Shown here: positions 51,010 through 61,957 of the stretch, piece after piece | How the letters are laid out: each line of letters begins with the position of its first letter | Position numbering within the stretch: position 1 is the first letter of the stretch | Origin: an uncultured Acidobacteriota bacterium | GTDB taxonomy: Bacteria > Acidobacteriota > Vicinamibacteria > Vicinamibacterales > Fen-181 | Reading direction: 5' to 3' | Length of the DNA stretch: 64,000 nt | Assembly: GCA_963741715.1 (NCBI GenBank) | Contig: CAVUJA010000002.1 | Coordinates: 448,073 to 512,072, forward strand | Notes under the pieces: model-generated | The model's input: only the letters and a program-made list of their open reading frames with translations | What the model was told of the DNA's origin: nothing | Database searches by the model: none | Made by a program: the position numbers and the translations under genes

Positions 51010-51170
51010 TGACGAGTTCATTATCAAACATCGTTCCGGATTCAGCGCAGGCGCCACTCTAGCGTGACAGGGCCCGAACCACGAAGCAGGTCGTCCCGGC
51101 CCCCGGGGGCGCCGTCTTGAACCGGCCGTTCGCAAACACTGAGGCTCAGAATGTCCCTGTTTGATTACGT

Positions 51171-51827
51171 ATGGAGTATATTAGCTGGGACATGGTGAAC
51201 GACAGAGACCGTCCGTCACGGACAGAGAAGCTCCAGCGGCTCTTCGAACTGGCGGCCGGTCAGGCGGGCCATTTCACGGCAGCTCAGGCCCGCGAACTGG
51301 GCTACAGCGCCCGCAGCCTGGTACACCACGTCAATGCCGGACATGTCGAACGCGTGAGCCGGGGCTTCTACCGGCTCGTGGGCGTGCCCGTCGGTCCGCA
51401 CGAGGACATCGTCGCGGCGTGGCTACCTCTCGCTCCTCGCGGCGCCGTGGTGTCTCATGACACCGCACTGGCCCTGTACGACCTGGCGCCCTCCCGCTCC
51501 CGCGAGATTCACCTGACGCTGCCGCGGGACAGCCGTCCCCGCGCGCCGCGGACCATCTCCGCGGTGGCGCTGCACACCACAACGGCTCCGCTGCGGCGCG
51601 ACGAAGTGACGAACCGTTTCGGTGTGCGGTTGACGTCCCCCGCCAGAACCCTCGCTGACGTCGCCGACATCGGCGCCGACCCGAGCGTCGTCATCGAAGC
51701 AACGGGACGCGCTGTCGCGACGGGACTCGTCTCTCCCAAGGAGTTGCGCAGTGCACTGAAGCGCCGCTCGGCTCGGGTCCGGCAGATTGTTGAACGAGCG
51801 CTCGAGGCGGTGCGCCTGCGTGCGTGA
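51171..51827 (+). CDS. Type IV TA antitoxin (AbiEi-like)
   Basis: QAGHFTAAQA, RVSRGFY, VSHDTAL, TSPARTLAD. Confidence 0.85.
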   Translation: MEYISWDMVNDRDRPSRTEKLQRLFELAAGQAGHFTAAQARELGYSARSLVHHVNAGHVERVSRGFYRLVGVPVGPHEDIVAAWLPLAPRGAVVSHDTALALYDLAPSRSREIHLTLPRDSRPRAPRTISAVALHTTTAPLRRDEVTNRFGVRLTSPARTLADVADIGADPSVVIEATGRAVATGLVSPKELRSALKRRSARVRQIVERALEAVRLRA

Positions 51828-52119
51828 CTACGCCACGCCAGCCGCCTTCCGAGCCGCTGTAGAGGTCCGGCTGCGCGAGCGGGCCCGTCGGCTGTCGGCT
51901 CCCGCGTACATGGTGCGTCGCCAGGCCGCCCTCGAACGTCTCCTGGCACGATTGGCGGCGGTCGCACCTAACCGATGGGCCCTCAAGGGCGGGATGGGGC
52001 TCGACGCCAGACTCGGCGATCGTGCACGTGTCTCGATCGACCTGGACGCGGACCACGTACACGGTGCCGAGGCCGCCCGGGCCGACCTTTCGGACGCGCT
52101 CTCGCCGAGCGGACCATGA
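51820..52119 (+). pseudogene. Truncated AbiEii-like nucleotidyltransferase toxin
   Basis: YATPAAFRAA...ERLLARL...WALKGG...SIDLD; only about 100 codons. Confidence 0.8.
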
Positions 52120-52223
52120 ACGGGCTCTGGGAAAGCCCAGTCGGCCCGCAGAGGCCTGAAGGCGGCGGCCCGCTTGGACATCAGGGCGATCTGGCGCGGC
52201 CGGGCTGGCAGCGAACACGGGCG

Positions 52224-52886
52224 TCAGCGTCCGCTGTCGCCTCCCCCTCGGCGCCTGGCGTCGGCGATGCGCGTCAGGTGGTACTGCAGGTAGATGAATG
52301 TGAAGAAGAACGTCATCACGCCGTTGATCGAGACGTTCATCGGTTCCACGTGCGTGAAATGGTGCTCGATGGAGCCGCGCATCCTGAACGCCGCCAGGAC
52401 CAGGAAGACGCCGGCGGTCAACGTGCCGAGCAACTCCACGCGGGCGGCGGTTTGCTGGTCGCCGGCGCCGGCCATGGCCGAGAGGTATCCGCCGGTCACC
52501 GCGGTGAGCAGGCCGACGAACAAAAGCAGCGTGGCGCGGCTGCCGGGATCGAACTTCCGCACCCAGGCGGCCTGCAAGAACATCCAGAACCAGCCGAAGA
52601 TCCCGAGCGTCAGCGCCGACAGCGCCAGCACGACGAACCAGTGCAGCGATGGCGGCATCGGCGCCACGGGCCCGGGCCGGCGAGCGGTCGAGACTGCCTT
52701 CGCGGGATCCGGCACGGGCTCGTCGTCCACGTGGTCGAACACGTTCACCACGAGCTGCCAGCCCGGCATGGCCTCCGTCCAGCACAGGTCGGAGTCGAGG
52801 ACGCGGCCTTCGGCGCGAAGGCGCTCGATGGCGTCCGCGGAGTAGGGCCCATGCCGGTGCCCGTCGCGGCTGATCAGGTATTCCAT
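52224..52886 (-). CDS. GYF_2 (DUF4339)-domain membrane protein
   Basis: GPYS...DLCWTEAMPGW plus TM helices. Confidence 0.8.
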   Translation of the reverse strand: MEYLISRDGHRHGPYSADAIERLRAEGRVLDSDLCWTEAMPGWQLVVNVFDHVDDEPVPDPAKAVSTARRPGPVAPMPPSLHWFVVLALSALTLGIFGWFWMFLQAAWVRKFDPGSRATLLLFVGLLTAVTGGYLSAMAGAGDQQTAARVELLGTLTAGVFLVLAAFRMRGSIEHHFTHVEPMNVSINGVMTFFFTFIYLQYHLTRIADARRRGGGDSGR

Positions 52887-53299
52887 CGCTCATACTGTCG
52901 CACGGTCTTCGGCCGAGCGGTGACCGAGAACCGACAGCCGGGAAGCGAACGGAAGCGGGCGGAAGCCGGCGTCCCCACTGCTCCCGAAGCGCACCACCGG
53001 GCCAGACCGCGGACGCGGAAGCCCTGTTGCCGACCATGCTGGTCGGCCGCATCTCGCGCATCGAATCAGCTCTGATTCGTTGCGCGACAGGCACCTTGGG
53101 ATGTCCGCCCAGATTGCCGGGTCCGCCGGTGCGTGCGGCATATTCGCGCCGCGCTGAGCACCGGACGGACCGCTCCGGATGTCAGAAATCACGTGTCCGC
53201 GGGTGGGGACGATACCGCGAACACGTGAACAACGCGGGCACGAGCGATGCCAACGGCAGCGCTCTCGAAGGTTGGCAACTGCCTCGCGGACTTCTTCCG

Positions 53300-53517
53300 T
53301 CGTGGCGGCGAGCGATGTCGTGCAGGTAGACGGCCGCCCAGAGGCGCGGCATCTCGCTGCTGAGTCCCGTGGCTCCAACAAGGCGGAACGCGTGCACGAG
53401 CACCCGCGAAACGTGGGCCTGGCCATGGAGCGGGCTCGAGTGCCAGAACAGTTCGGGCGGCGGGACCAGTTCGTCGTCTGACACCGTTACATGGGCCCTG
53501 ACGTCTTCGAGACTCAT
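53300..53517 (-). pseudogene. 5' relic of a second HD-domain gene (paralogue of 19838-20446)
   Basis: MSLEDVR...LHGQAHVSRV...LHDIARRHDGRS, then diverges. Confidence 0.85.
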
Positions 53518-53546
53518 CGTTCACCTGCTTCAGAATCTGCCTGAGC

Positions 53547-53780
53547 TCAACACGCGTAGGCTAGCAGGTGCACCAGTCGCTGGTCCACCGCCAGCGCCGC
53601 ACCCGCGGTCCCCGGCGCGCAAGCCGCAGGTCTTCGCCCAGCCCCACGGCCGGGAACATCTCGACGGCGGTGGCGCTCACCGACGCCAGGAAGCGCCTCG
53701 GGTCGCGCCGCGCGCGACCACCTTTCTCACCGCGCCGGTCCAGGGCGTCGAGCCCGTAGCTCTCGACGATCTTGCGGACC
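53547..53780 (-). pseudogene. 3' relic of a second ARPP-1-like gene
   Basis: RKIVESYGLDALDRR...FPAVGLGEDLRL...LLAYAC*. Confidence 0.85.
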
Positions 53781-54097
53781 TCGCCAGAATCGAGCAGATT
53801 CAAGCGGTGTCCCAGGTCGGCGGGCGTGCCGACAACAATGTGTTTACGGGACATCGCGATCGCGGGCCGTGTGCTGGAGGCGAGAGCCCTCGAGCGGCGT
53901 TCGGCGCAACTGCACGCATAACGAAGAAGCGGTCGGGCCTGGTGCAGCGGCTCTACACGTCTGGCGTTACCGAGAAGGTGAACGTTCGACCGGCCGGCCC
54001 GTGCCAACACGCCTGCGCCAATTGCGTATGGCTCTGCCGGCCCAAGTGCTAGAATCCGGTCGTCTGCGCCGTCGTCCAAATCGGGCCGGAGGTTTCC

Positions 54098-54200
54098 ATG
54101 TCCCTTCGCTCGGCAACGCGCCTTGGGCCGTACGAGATCCAGTCCGCGATCGGCGCCGCAGAGGTTTCGCGAGAAGTTCAGTCTGCCCGGGGATATCGGA
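54098..54200 (+). pseudogene. Decayed 5' remnant of a Hanks-type Ser/Thr kinase
   Basis: GGAGG RBS, MSLRSATRLGPYEIQSAIGA. Confidence 0.55.
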
Positions 54201-54216
54201 TTGAGGGGGGTGCACA

Positions 54217-55371
54217 GTGAGAATCTCGAGGAGAACGATTGTTCAGGCAGCGACGGCGGCCGCCGGCTCGATCCTGGCCAACCGCGGAGCGCTGGCCCAG
54301 AACGTCAACTTGGCCGGCGAAGCGCAGCAGCGGCCGCGGACGGCGCAGCCGCATCCGGAAGGCTTTCCTCCCAACAACACGCGATCAACCGTTTCGGTGA
54401 TCAAGGGCGACAGCCGGCGGAAGAACGTCACCGAGTCTCTGGTGGCGATCGACGAGCAGATCCTGCCGGTGCTCAAGACCAAGAAATACGTCATCATCAA
54501 GCCGAACGCGCTGGGGACGACCCACGTCGACGCGCTGCGCGGAATCCTGGACTACCTGGCTCCGCGGTTCAAGGGGCCGGTCGTTGTCGCCGAGTCTTCG
54601 ACCGGCGACACGACGCAGTGGATGGAAAAAGCCGGTTTCCCTGAGCTCCTCAAGGAGTACAACAATCACAGCAAACTGAAGGTCAGCCTGGTCGACCTCA
54701 ACGAAGAGGCCAAGTACGTGGTGCAGTCGCTGCTCGATTACAACCTGCACGTGGTGCCGGCTCGGCTGGCGGCGCGCTTATTCGATCCCGACGCCTATAT
54801 CATCGGGTCGGCCTGCTTCAAGGTCCACAATATCGCGGTGGTGACGCTGTCGATCAAGAACATGGTGCTGGGCGCCCCACTGCACCAGACGCGGGCTGAA
54901 GCGAAATCGGGCAGTACGTGGCTCGACAAGCGGCGCTATCACGCGGGGATCCGCCAGAGCCTCTACAACATCTACGTGACGGCGGCGCGCATGCGGCCGT
55001 TCTGGGGCGCTACGGTCATCGACGGCTACGAGGGCCGGGAAAACAGCGGTTTCGTGCAATCCAAGGTTGCGATCGCTTCGACCGACTACGTGGCGGCCGA
55101 CCGGGTGGGCTCGGAAGCCATGGGTGTCAACCACGAATGGCTCGGCTGGCTGAAGTACTGCGGCGAATCGGGCGTTGGGCAGTGGGACCTGGCAAAGATC
55201 GACATCCGTGGCAACAAACTGGAAGAGGTCCGGAAAGTGTACCGCCTGCATCCCGATATCGAGCTGCAGTTGAGGTGGATGGGTCCGATGGAGGAACTGC
55301 CGCCGACGCTAGGGTGGCTGACGCCCCTCAAGCCAAAGGACGTCGACGCCTATGTAAACGGCACCGCCTGA
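54217..55371 (+). CDS. Tat-exported DUF362-family protein
   Basis: SRRTIV twin-Arg; IIKPN, TLSIKNMVLG, D.VAAD. Confidence 0.85.
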   Translation: MRISRRTIVQAATAAAGSILANRGALAQNVNLAGEAQQRPRTAQPHPEGFPPNNTRSTVSVIKGDSRRKNVTESLVAIDEQILPVLKTKKYVIIKPNALGTTHVDALRGILDYLAPRFKGPVVVAESSTGDTTQWMEKAGFPELLKEYNNHSKLKVSLVDLNEEAKYVVQSLLDYNLHVVPARLAARLFDPDAYIIGSACFKVHNIAVVTLSIKNMVLGAPLHQTRAEAKSGSTWLDKRRYHAGIRQSLYNIYVTAARMRPFWGATVIDGYEGRENSGFVQSKVAIASTDYVAADRVGSEAMGVNHEWLGWLKYCGESGVGQWDLAKIDIRGNKLEEVRKVYRLHPDIELQLRWMGPMEELPPTLGWLTPLKPKDVDAYVNGTA

Positions 55372-55567
55372 GCGGGAGATCGTTTGTGTCTCGGCGGTCT
55401 CGGGCTCGCGTCTGGTTGGCCGACCGATGCCCCTGCTAGTCGTAGGCCTTAGTACTTCGACTCGCAAATACGGCCACGATCGGCTGAGGCGCGCGTGGCC
55501 GGCTGGGCTCGCTCAGCACTAAGTCCTGAGGGCACAAATACGTTGCCGTATTTGTGCATCGAAGGAC

Positions 55568-56788
55568 TTAGAGACTGCGCGCATCCGAATCCCGAACGAG
55601 CAAACCGAAACTCGCCGCCCCAGCCACGCACGCCAGGCTGGCGGCCAGAAACGCGAAGGCGTAGCGCCCCGTGTAACCCACAATCCAGCCTGTGACAATC
55701 GGGCTCACAATTCCTGCAATGTTCCCGAGGGCGTTCTGGAATCCGGTCCAGCGCGCGGCGGCCATCGGCCCCGCCAGCGTCTGCGTCAGCGGCCAAAGGT
55801 TCGACGCATACACGCCCATTGAGAGGCAACTCAGGACCAGGCCGGCCAGCGCCCATTCGATACGAGGCAGCAGAACGGTGGGCAGGAACACAGCGGTCAT
55901 GAGCAGGCCCACCACCAGGAATCCTCTCCGCACGCGGACGGGGGAGGCCCCTCGCGCAATCCAGCGGTCCGACAGGAGGCCGCCGCCGATCGACGTGAGG
56001 GCCATCAGGAAGAACGGCAGAGCGCCTCCCAACGACAGCGAATTCATGGAGAACTGGCGCTCCTTCACCAGGTAGGAAGGCAGCCAGCTCAATAGGAAGT
56101 ACCACGCGTAGTTCGCGCAACCCAGCCCGCCGCTGGTCCCCCACACGTCCCGCCGCCGGAGCAACTCCCGCCAGCCCGGACCGGCCCCACCCGCCCCCGC
56201 CGCGATCGGCGTGAGGACGCGTGGCGCGCGCGCCAGCCAGGGGATCAGCCAAATCAGACCGGCGCCGCCCGTGATGAGAAACAATCCGCGCCAGCCCAGC
56301 TTGTCGACAAACTGCGCCCCCAGCAGTATGCCGAGCGCCGGACCGAGCCTCGCGCCCAGGTCGATCACCGAGTTCGCCAGCCCGCGGCGGTGCTCCGGAA
56401 CCACCGCAGCCACGGCGCGGGAACTCGCCGGGTACGCGACCGCCTCTCCGACACCGAGCAGCAGCCGCATGCAAAGCAGCGCCGAGAACGTCGAAACCGC
56501 CGCCGTGGACAACGTTGCCAGAGACCAGAGCAGGAAACCGGCCGCGTAAGCCCACCGGACTTCGATGCGGTCGACCACCCAGGCTGCCCCGAGCTGTCCG
56601 GCGGCGTAGGTCCAGAAGAACGCGGAGAGCAGCACCCCCAACGCGAACGGCGAAAGGCCCAGTTCCGGAGCCAGCAGCGGGGCGGCCACGGCCAGGTTGC
56701 CCCGGTCGAAAAAGCTGATCCACATCGCGAAGAACAGCAGGATCACCAAGCCCCAGGGAACCCGTTGCGTCTTCGCAGCCGTCGTCAT
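55568..56788 (-). CDS. MFS transporter (ACS/sugar-acid type)
   Basis: FDRGNLAVAAP, RLLLGVGEA, about 12 TM helices. Confidence 0.9.
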   Translation of the reverse strand: MTTAAKTQRVPWGLVILLFFAMWISFFDRGNLAVAAPLLAPELGLSPFALGVLLSAFFWTYAAGQLGAAWVVDRIEVRWAYAAGFLLWSLATLSTAAVSTFSALLCMRLLLGVGEAVAYPASSRAVAAVVPEHRRGLANSVIDLGARLGPALGILLGAQFVDKLGWRGLFLITGGAGLIWLIPWLARAPRVLTPIAAGAGGAGPGWRELLRRRDVWGTSGGLGCANYAWYFLLSWLPSYLVKERQFSMNSLSLGGALPFFLMALTSIGGGLLSDRWIARGASPVRVRRGFLVVGLLMTAVFLPTVLLPRIEWALAGLVLSCLSMGVYASNLWPLTQTLAGPMAAARWTGFQNALGNIAGIVSPIVTGWIVGYTGRYAFAFLAASLACVAGAASFGLLVRDSDARSL

Positions 56789-56797
56789 GGTCCTGGC

Positions 56798-57262
56798 TCA
56801 CCCGGCTCGGCCCGCGCGATCCAGATCGTCGAGTTTCGCCACCCGCCGGCGGATGTCCGGATCGGTGCTGAACGTGGCATCGAGGAAGGCGCGCAGGCAA
56901 TCCTCGGCAACCTTCATCCCAATCACCAACGCCCCGATGCAGGCCACATTCACGTCGTCGTGCTCCACGCATTGATGCGCGCAGTAGATGTCGTGGATGA
57001 GCGAGGCGCGGATGCCCGGGATCTTGTTCGCGGCGATGGCGGCCCCGACCCCGCTTCCGCACACCAGCACCCCCCGCTCCGCGTGCCCGTCGCGCACCCG
57101 GTCGCAGACGGTCTTGCTCACGTCCGGAAAGTCCACCGGAGCCGGATCGAAGGATCCGCAATCCTCAACCGTGTGCCCCAGCCCGCGCAGGAACTGAATG
57201 ACCGGCCCCTTCATCGCGAAGCCGGCATGATCGCCACCGACTGCCAACCGAAAAGTCGCCAT
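56798..57262 (-). CDS. rpiB: RpiB/LacA/LacB-family sugar-phosphate isomerase
   Basis: GGDHAG, CGSGVG, ANKIPGIRA. Confidence 0.85.
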   Translation of the reverse strand: MATFRLAVGGDHAGFAMKGPVIQFLRGLGHTVEDCGSFDPAPVDFPDVSKTVCDRVRDGHAERGVLVCGSGVGAAIAANKIPGIRASLIHDIYCAHQCVEHDDVNVACIGALVIGMKVAEDCLRAFLDATFSTDPDIRRRVAKLDDLDRAGRAG

Positions 57263-57440
57263 CGATTTCGCCCTCAATCCAAACCCGCCCTGGTCCTTCG
57301 AGCGTGTGAATATGTTCCTTGCGTGTGGGGCAGACCATCGCTATTGGTGGTCTGCCAAGCTGTGCAAACCGCTATGCCAGTCCACGCAGGCGACAAGAAA
57401 CGATCGCCTGCGCCACGAGCACGCATGGGTATTCTGCACA

Positions 57441-59291
57441 CTAGTTGTTGCGGCCGGCCGGCCTCTCCACTGGTATCACCGGCCCCATGTACGTGAGGCG
57501 CAATCCCCAATCGGCGTCCCCCGGGAAATCCGGCAGGTTGATGATCCCGATTCTGCTCGACGGCAGCGTGCCGCTCCCTACGTCCTGCCAAGTCCCGTTG
57601 CGCGGATCGAACCACTGCGCGCGGTAGGTGCTGTTCAGCTTGGCGCCGCGAATCTGGCTGCGCAGACAGCCTTTTTCGAAGTAAGCCATGAACAGCTCCT
57701 TGTCCGGCGTGCGCGCGCAGTAAGCCCAGCCTTCGTACCCGCGGATCACCTGAGTCTTGTTCGGGTACACCAGATCGGCGATGGGCTCGAGCTCCCGATA
57801 CCGATTGCCGGCCGAAAGAGCGAACGTCCGCAGATACTGCATCTGGCTTCCCGATTTCCACTGGAAGGCGTCCCACATCTTGGTGGGAGCGGCGTCCTCG
57901 ATATCCGCGCCCCAAATCCCTTCCGCTCCATAGACGTGACCGGCAAATCCGCCGGAAAGAAAGCTCCCGTACATGGCAGAGCGGACAAACTGATCGTCCT
58001 TCTCGGTCCCTCCGGGCGCGCCGAACTTGTAGCCGCCGCCCAGCCCGCGCGCATCCGTGTAGCCCGCATAGTAAGGCTCGCCGTTCAGCCCAGGCCGCGG
58101 ATGGGGCGCGTTGAAGATCTCCGTCAAGAACCAGTAGGTGTAGTGCTCGCGCATGTTGCCGATTTGATGCAGGGTGATGTGGGAATCCTCGCCCCAGTTC
58201 ACGAGCGTGGACGGATTGGCATTTCCCGAAAGCAGGGTGCCGAAAGGCGGCGGCCCGAACTTCCGGAACACCGAGCGAATGGCATCCATGTAGTCCTCCG
58301 GACTCACCGACTCGGCAATGATGTCCAGGTGGATGGGGCTCAGGACGGTGTTGTTGGCCTGATAGCGGGAGAAGATGTATTGCATGAACCGCGCGTAGGA
58401 GTCGGGCCAGGAGTAATACTTCTTCCAGGCCAGGCTCGCGTCCCTCCGCGATACCTCGATGAACGGCACGAACCCCTGCTCGTTGAGGTAGTCGATCTTG
58501 CGGTCCACGTATCGGAAGTAGGCGGGGTTGATGCGATCCATGTCCGGGAACATGTCCTCGTAGCCGGGCACTTTGCCGGGGAAGACAAACGGTCGCCCGC
58601 CTTCGTTGTCCATGTTCTTGGCGCTGTTGGCGCCGAACTCCAGCCAGGCCGAACGAATCGTGGTCCTCTCGGGGTCGTTCATCACCACGTTCCAGGGCTT
58701 TCCGTCGGTGATCCAATTGGGAAATGCCGCGATGATGCCGATCCAGTTGTAGCCTTGTGCCTTGCGGTAGCGAACGTAGTCCTTGAAGCCCGCTGTCGGA
58801 CCCATGGGACGCTCCTGGTTGTCGTCGTACCAACGCAGCCGGTTGGTTCCGGCCGACCACCAGGTGTCGCCGATCACGAAGAACGGCGTGCCGTCGGCCT
58901 GCTCCAGGGCGTGCCCGTTGGGCGTCGCGCGGAGGAAACCGCGCCGCAAGGGGTTCTGCTGTTTCTCCTGCTCGGTCCAGGGGATCGCGGTGAAGGCGCC
59001 GGTCTTTCCGCCGAGGCCCGCATCCGCCGGCGTCGATCCGCTTCGCCAGCTCCACTCTCCGGCCTCGGTCGCCAGAACGCGCACCCGGAAGTTCTTCTCG
59101 CCGTCCCAGAAGCCGTAAACCCGCTTCCGGAAATTGGGCCCGGTGAGGTCCACCCACACCACCACTTCCGTGTAAGGGTTCGCGTACGACCCGCTGCACG
59201 TGAAGCTCAGTTCCTGCTTCTCCCATACGTGTACCGGCGCCGCCAGCGCCGCGGGCGCCAGCAAAAGAACCAGCGAAAGCAATGTGAGCAT
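57441..59291 (-). CDS. Secreted DUF5060/DUF4038 (apiosidase-like) glycoside hydrolase
   Basis: Signal peptide, GFWDG, DGTPFF.IGDTWW, NGEPYY, WFDPRNG. Confidence 0.85.
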   Translation of the reverse strand: MLTLLSLVLLLAPAALAAPVHVWEKQELSFTCSGSYANPYTEVVVWVDLTGPNFRKRVYGFWDGEKNFRVRVLATEAGEWSWRSGSTPADAGLGGKTGAFTAIPWTEQEKQQNPLRRGFLRATPNGHALEQADGTPFFVIGDTWWSAGTNRLRWYDDNQERPMGPTAGFKDYVRYRKAQGYNWIGIIAAFPNWITDGKPWNVVMNDPERTTIRSAWLEFGANSAKNMDNEGGRPFVFPGKVPGYEDMFPDMDRINPAYFRYVDRKIDYLNEQGFVPFIEVSRRDASLAWKKYYSWPDSYARFMQYIFSRYQANNTVLSPIHLDIIAESVSPEDYMDAIRSVFRKFGPPPFGTLLSGNANPSTLVNWGEDSHITLHQIGNMREHYTYWFLTEIFNAPHPRPGLNGEPYYAGYTDARGLGGGYKFGAPGGTEKDDQFVRSAMYGSFLSGGFAGHVYGAEGIWGADIEDAAPTKMWDAFQWKSGSQMQYLRTFALSAGNRYRELEPIADLVYPNKTQVIRGYEGWAYCARTPDKELFMAYFEKGCLRSQIRGAKLNSTYRAQWFDPRNGTWQDVGSGTLPSSRIGIINLPDFPGDADWGLRLTYMGPVIPVERPAGRNN

Positions 59292-59734
59292 GGTCGTCTC
59301 CCCGTATTCCTACGCCTGGCGCGTGGCGAACATCAGCCGGACCGGCGCCGTCAGCAACTCGTCCTGCCGCGCGACAAACGCCTCGAGATGCGGCGATGCG
59401 AGGTGCGCATCGAGGTGAGTGCAGCGGGCGGAGCCACGCTGGGGACGGGGCATAGTAGCAGAACCGGGGTGGCCGTTGGAGGGTGTCCCGCCGAGACCCG
59501 GGTTCGCGACGCCGGCACCCCGTGTGAAACGGGCGCCGTGCGAACCCTTGCGCTACCCCTAGACATCTTCCAGGGGCCAGATCGTGACGAATGAAGCAAG
59601 TTTCTGCGCCACGCTTCCGCCCCTGGAAGATGTTGATGACGACGCCGGAGGCGTCGTCCAGAAACACAGCAGGCTAGCGAAGCGAGCCTCGGCGGTGTGA
59701 GGCGAAGCTTCGCTAGCCTCCCTCGGGAACGTTG

Positions 59735-59909
59735 ATGAGCATTCCTTACTGGGGCTCGAGGGTCGAGTTGATCAAAAGTGATTGCCATGGCGCGCGACGG
59801 CAGGACCCACGCGGAGACGACAGAGTCTCCACCGATGGAAGCCGTCGAAGTCTATGCGCGATTGAAGGCGGGACAGATCACCGGTCGCGCCGTGCTGATA
59901 CCTGCGTAG
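59735..59909 (+). pseudogene. C-terminal remnant of a Zn-dependent alcohol dehydrogenase
   Basis: SIPYWGSRVEL...AVEVYARLKAGQITGRAVLIP*, frameshifted. Confidence 0.6.
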
Positions 59910-59938
59910 GCAGTACTTCCTGACGACCGACATCCTCG

Positions 59939-60583
59939 TCACGAGGAAACCGGCAGCCTGGCTGGCGGCAGGTTCCACCCGCGTCGAATCGCGAGGAGAC
60001 GTATCCCGAAGCACAGAAGCGCACCCGTAATCGTCGTCGCCGTCGGCGGCCAGTGCAGGAGGTGCCCGCCGACGACGACCCCGGCACCGGCGAGCGCCGC
60101 GAGCGCGTAGAAGTCGGCTCGCAGCACGACTGGGATCTCGTTGACGAGAAGGTCGCGCAGGACGCCGCCTCCGATACCGGTCAGCATGCCCAGCAGCGCC
60201 GACGCCAACGGGTTGACCCCGAATGCCAGCGCCTTCTGCGTGCCGGCCACCGCGAACAGCCCGAGGCCCGCCGCGTCGAGCAGCAGTACGATCGGACCGA
60301 GCCGTCGAACGCCCGGGTACCACGCGAACGTCACGGCAGCCGCCAGCAGCGAGACGGCAACGTAACGCCAGTCGTTGATCGCGGCTGGGGGAACTGCCCC
60401 AATGAGCAAGTCTCGGGTCACGCCGCCGGCGTTGCCGGCAACGAACGCCAGGACGGCCAGGCCAAACACGTCCAGCTTGCTCTTCACGCCAGAGGCTGCA
60501 CCGCTGAGGGCGAACACGAAGGTGCCGATCAGATCGAGTGCGAGGAGCAGCGTGGCCGTGGACAGCACGAGCGGAGGCGTCAT
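59939..60583 (-). CDS. Trimeric intracellular cation channel (UPF0126/YadS) family membrane protein
   Basis: DLIGTFVFALSGA, GGVTRD, DAAGLGLF, GGGVLRD. Confidence 0.9.
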   Translation of the reverse strand: MTPPLVLSTATLLLALDLIGTFVFALSGAASGVKSKLDVFGLAVLAFVAGNAGGVTRDLLIGAVPPAAINDWRYVAVSLLAAAVTFAWYPGVRRLGPIVLLLDAAGLGLFAVAGTQKALAFGVNPLASALLGMLTGIGGGVLRDLLVNEIPVVLRADFYALAALAGAGVVVGGHLLHWPPTATTITGALLCFGIRLLAIRRGWNLPPARLPVSS

Positions 60584-60593
60584 GTCGGACCAC

Positions 60594-61850
60594 CTAGGTG
60601 CCGAGCCAGGCAAGAGGCGCCACGACCAGCGCCTCGACGCCGGCTTCGAGCGTCGGGTGCAGAATGGGCGCGAACCGAGAGTTGTGGTTCGTCGGGAGCT
60701 CGCCAAGCCGTCCCGACCGCTTGGCTTCGGCGTAGAGCTCGGGATCGGTGCCGCCCACGAACCAGAACACCGAAGGCGCGTGCCACTGCGCGCCGAAGCA
60801 TCCGAAGTCCTCGCTGGCGGACGTGGGGCCGGTTTCGTGAACTCGATCGGCCGGAAACGAGGACCGGAACGCATCGAGCACGCGCCGCGTTGCGTCGGCG
60901 TCATTCGTCACCGGTGAGTACCGGTCGATCGGCGTGATCTCCGGTGGCTTGGGCGCCCCGGAGGCCGCGGCTTCGGCGTTGACAATCCGCTCGATCGCCG
61001 CCAGCACGCGACCACGCACGGCTTCGTCGAACGTCCGGACATTCAGCTTGATGACGGCTTCGTCCGGGATCACGTTCTCCTTGGTGCCGGCCTGCAGCGA
61101 CCCGATCGTGACGACGGCGGCATCACTGGGCGCCAGCTCACGCGACACGATCGCTTGCAGACGGAGCACCGTGGCTGCCGCCATCACCACCGGGTCCACG
61201 GAGGCCTGTGGCATCGAGCCGTGCGCGCCGCGCCCGAACATCCGAATCTGGAGACTGTCGGCCGCCGACGTGATCACCCCGGCGCGGCCACCGACCGCCC
61301 CGGCGGGTCCGACCATCACGTGCTGGCCGAGCACCACCTCCGGCACTGGGAACCGCGTCAGCAGCCCATCTGCGATCATCGCCTGGGCGCCAGTGCCGGT
61401 CTCCTCCGCCGGCTGGAACACCGCCATCAGTGTGCCTCTCCACGTGGCCCGCGCCTCCGCGAGAACCGTCGTCGCGCCGATCAGCCATGCGACGTGCATG
61501 TCGTGTCCGCACGCGTGCATGACCGGCACGCGCTGCCCCGTGGCGTCGGTCGCCGTCTCGGCGCTCGCGTAGGGGAGCCCGGTCGCTTCGAGCACCGGCA
61601 AGGCGTCCATGTCCGCCCGCAGCATGACCGTCGGCCCGTTGCCGTTGCGCAGCAGGCCCACCACGCCGGTCGTCCCGACGCCTGGCGTGACGTCGAAGCC
61701 GGCGGCACCGAGCCGACCGGCGGCGATGCCGGCCGTCCGCCTTTCCTGCATGGACAGCTCGGGGTGCGCGTGAAGGTCGGTGTAGACGCTCGCCAGGTCG
61801 GGCAGCAGGTCGCGGATTCGCGGCTCGAACGCGCGCAGGAGCGCCTCCAT
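60594..61850 (-). CDS. M20D-family amidohydrolase
   Basis: HAHPELS, RADMDALP, HACGHD, QPAEE, SEDF. Confidence 0.92.
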   Translation of the reverse strand: MEALLRAFEPRIRDLLPDLASVYTDLHAHPELSMQERRTAGIAAGRLGAAGFDVTPGVGTTGVVGLLRNGNGPTVMLRADMDALPVLEATGLPYASAETATDATGQRVPVMHACGHDMHVAWLIGATTVLAEARATWRGTLMAVFQPAEETGTGAQAMIADGLLTRFPVPEVVLGQHVMVGPAGAVGGRAGVITSAADSLQIRMFGRGAHGSMPQASVDPVVMAAATVLRLQAIVSRELAPSDAAVVTIGSLQAGTKENVIPDEAVIKLNVRTFDEAVRGRVLAAIERIVNAEAAASGAPKPPEITPIDRYSPVTNDADATRRVLDAFRSSFPADRVHETGPTSASEDFGCFGAQWHAPSVFWFVGGTDPELYAEAKRSGRLGELPTNHNSRFAPILHPTLEAGVEALVVAPLAWLGT

Positions 61851-61957
61851 GTGAAACCTCCGGAGATGCCGAAAACGAGGCGCGCGCCCGCGCACGCCAA
61901 ACCGTGAGGCCCGGCGAGCGATAGCCCGTCCGCCGGGACCGTGACAGGGTCGAAGGC

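Noticed and set aside
51065..51079. TGACAGGG half-sites here and at 61942 as further WYL boxes
   Set aside because: The second half of the palindrome is missing at both, and 51065 also lacks a correctly spaced -10
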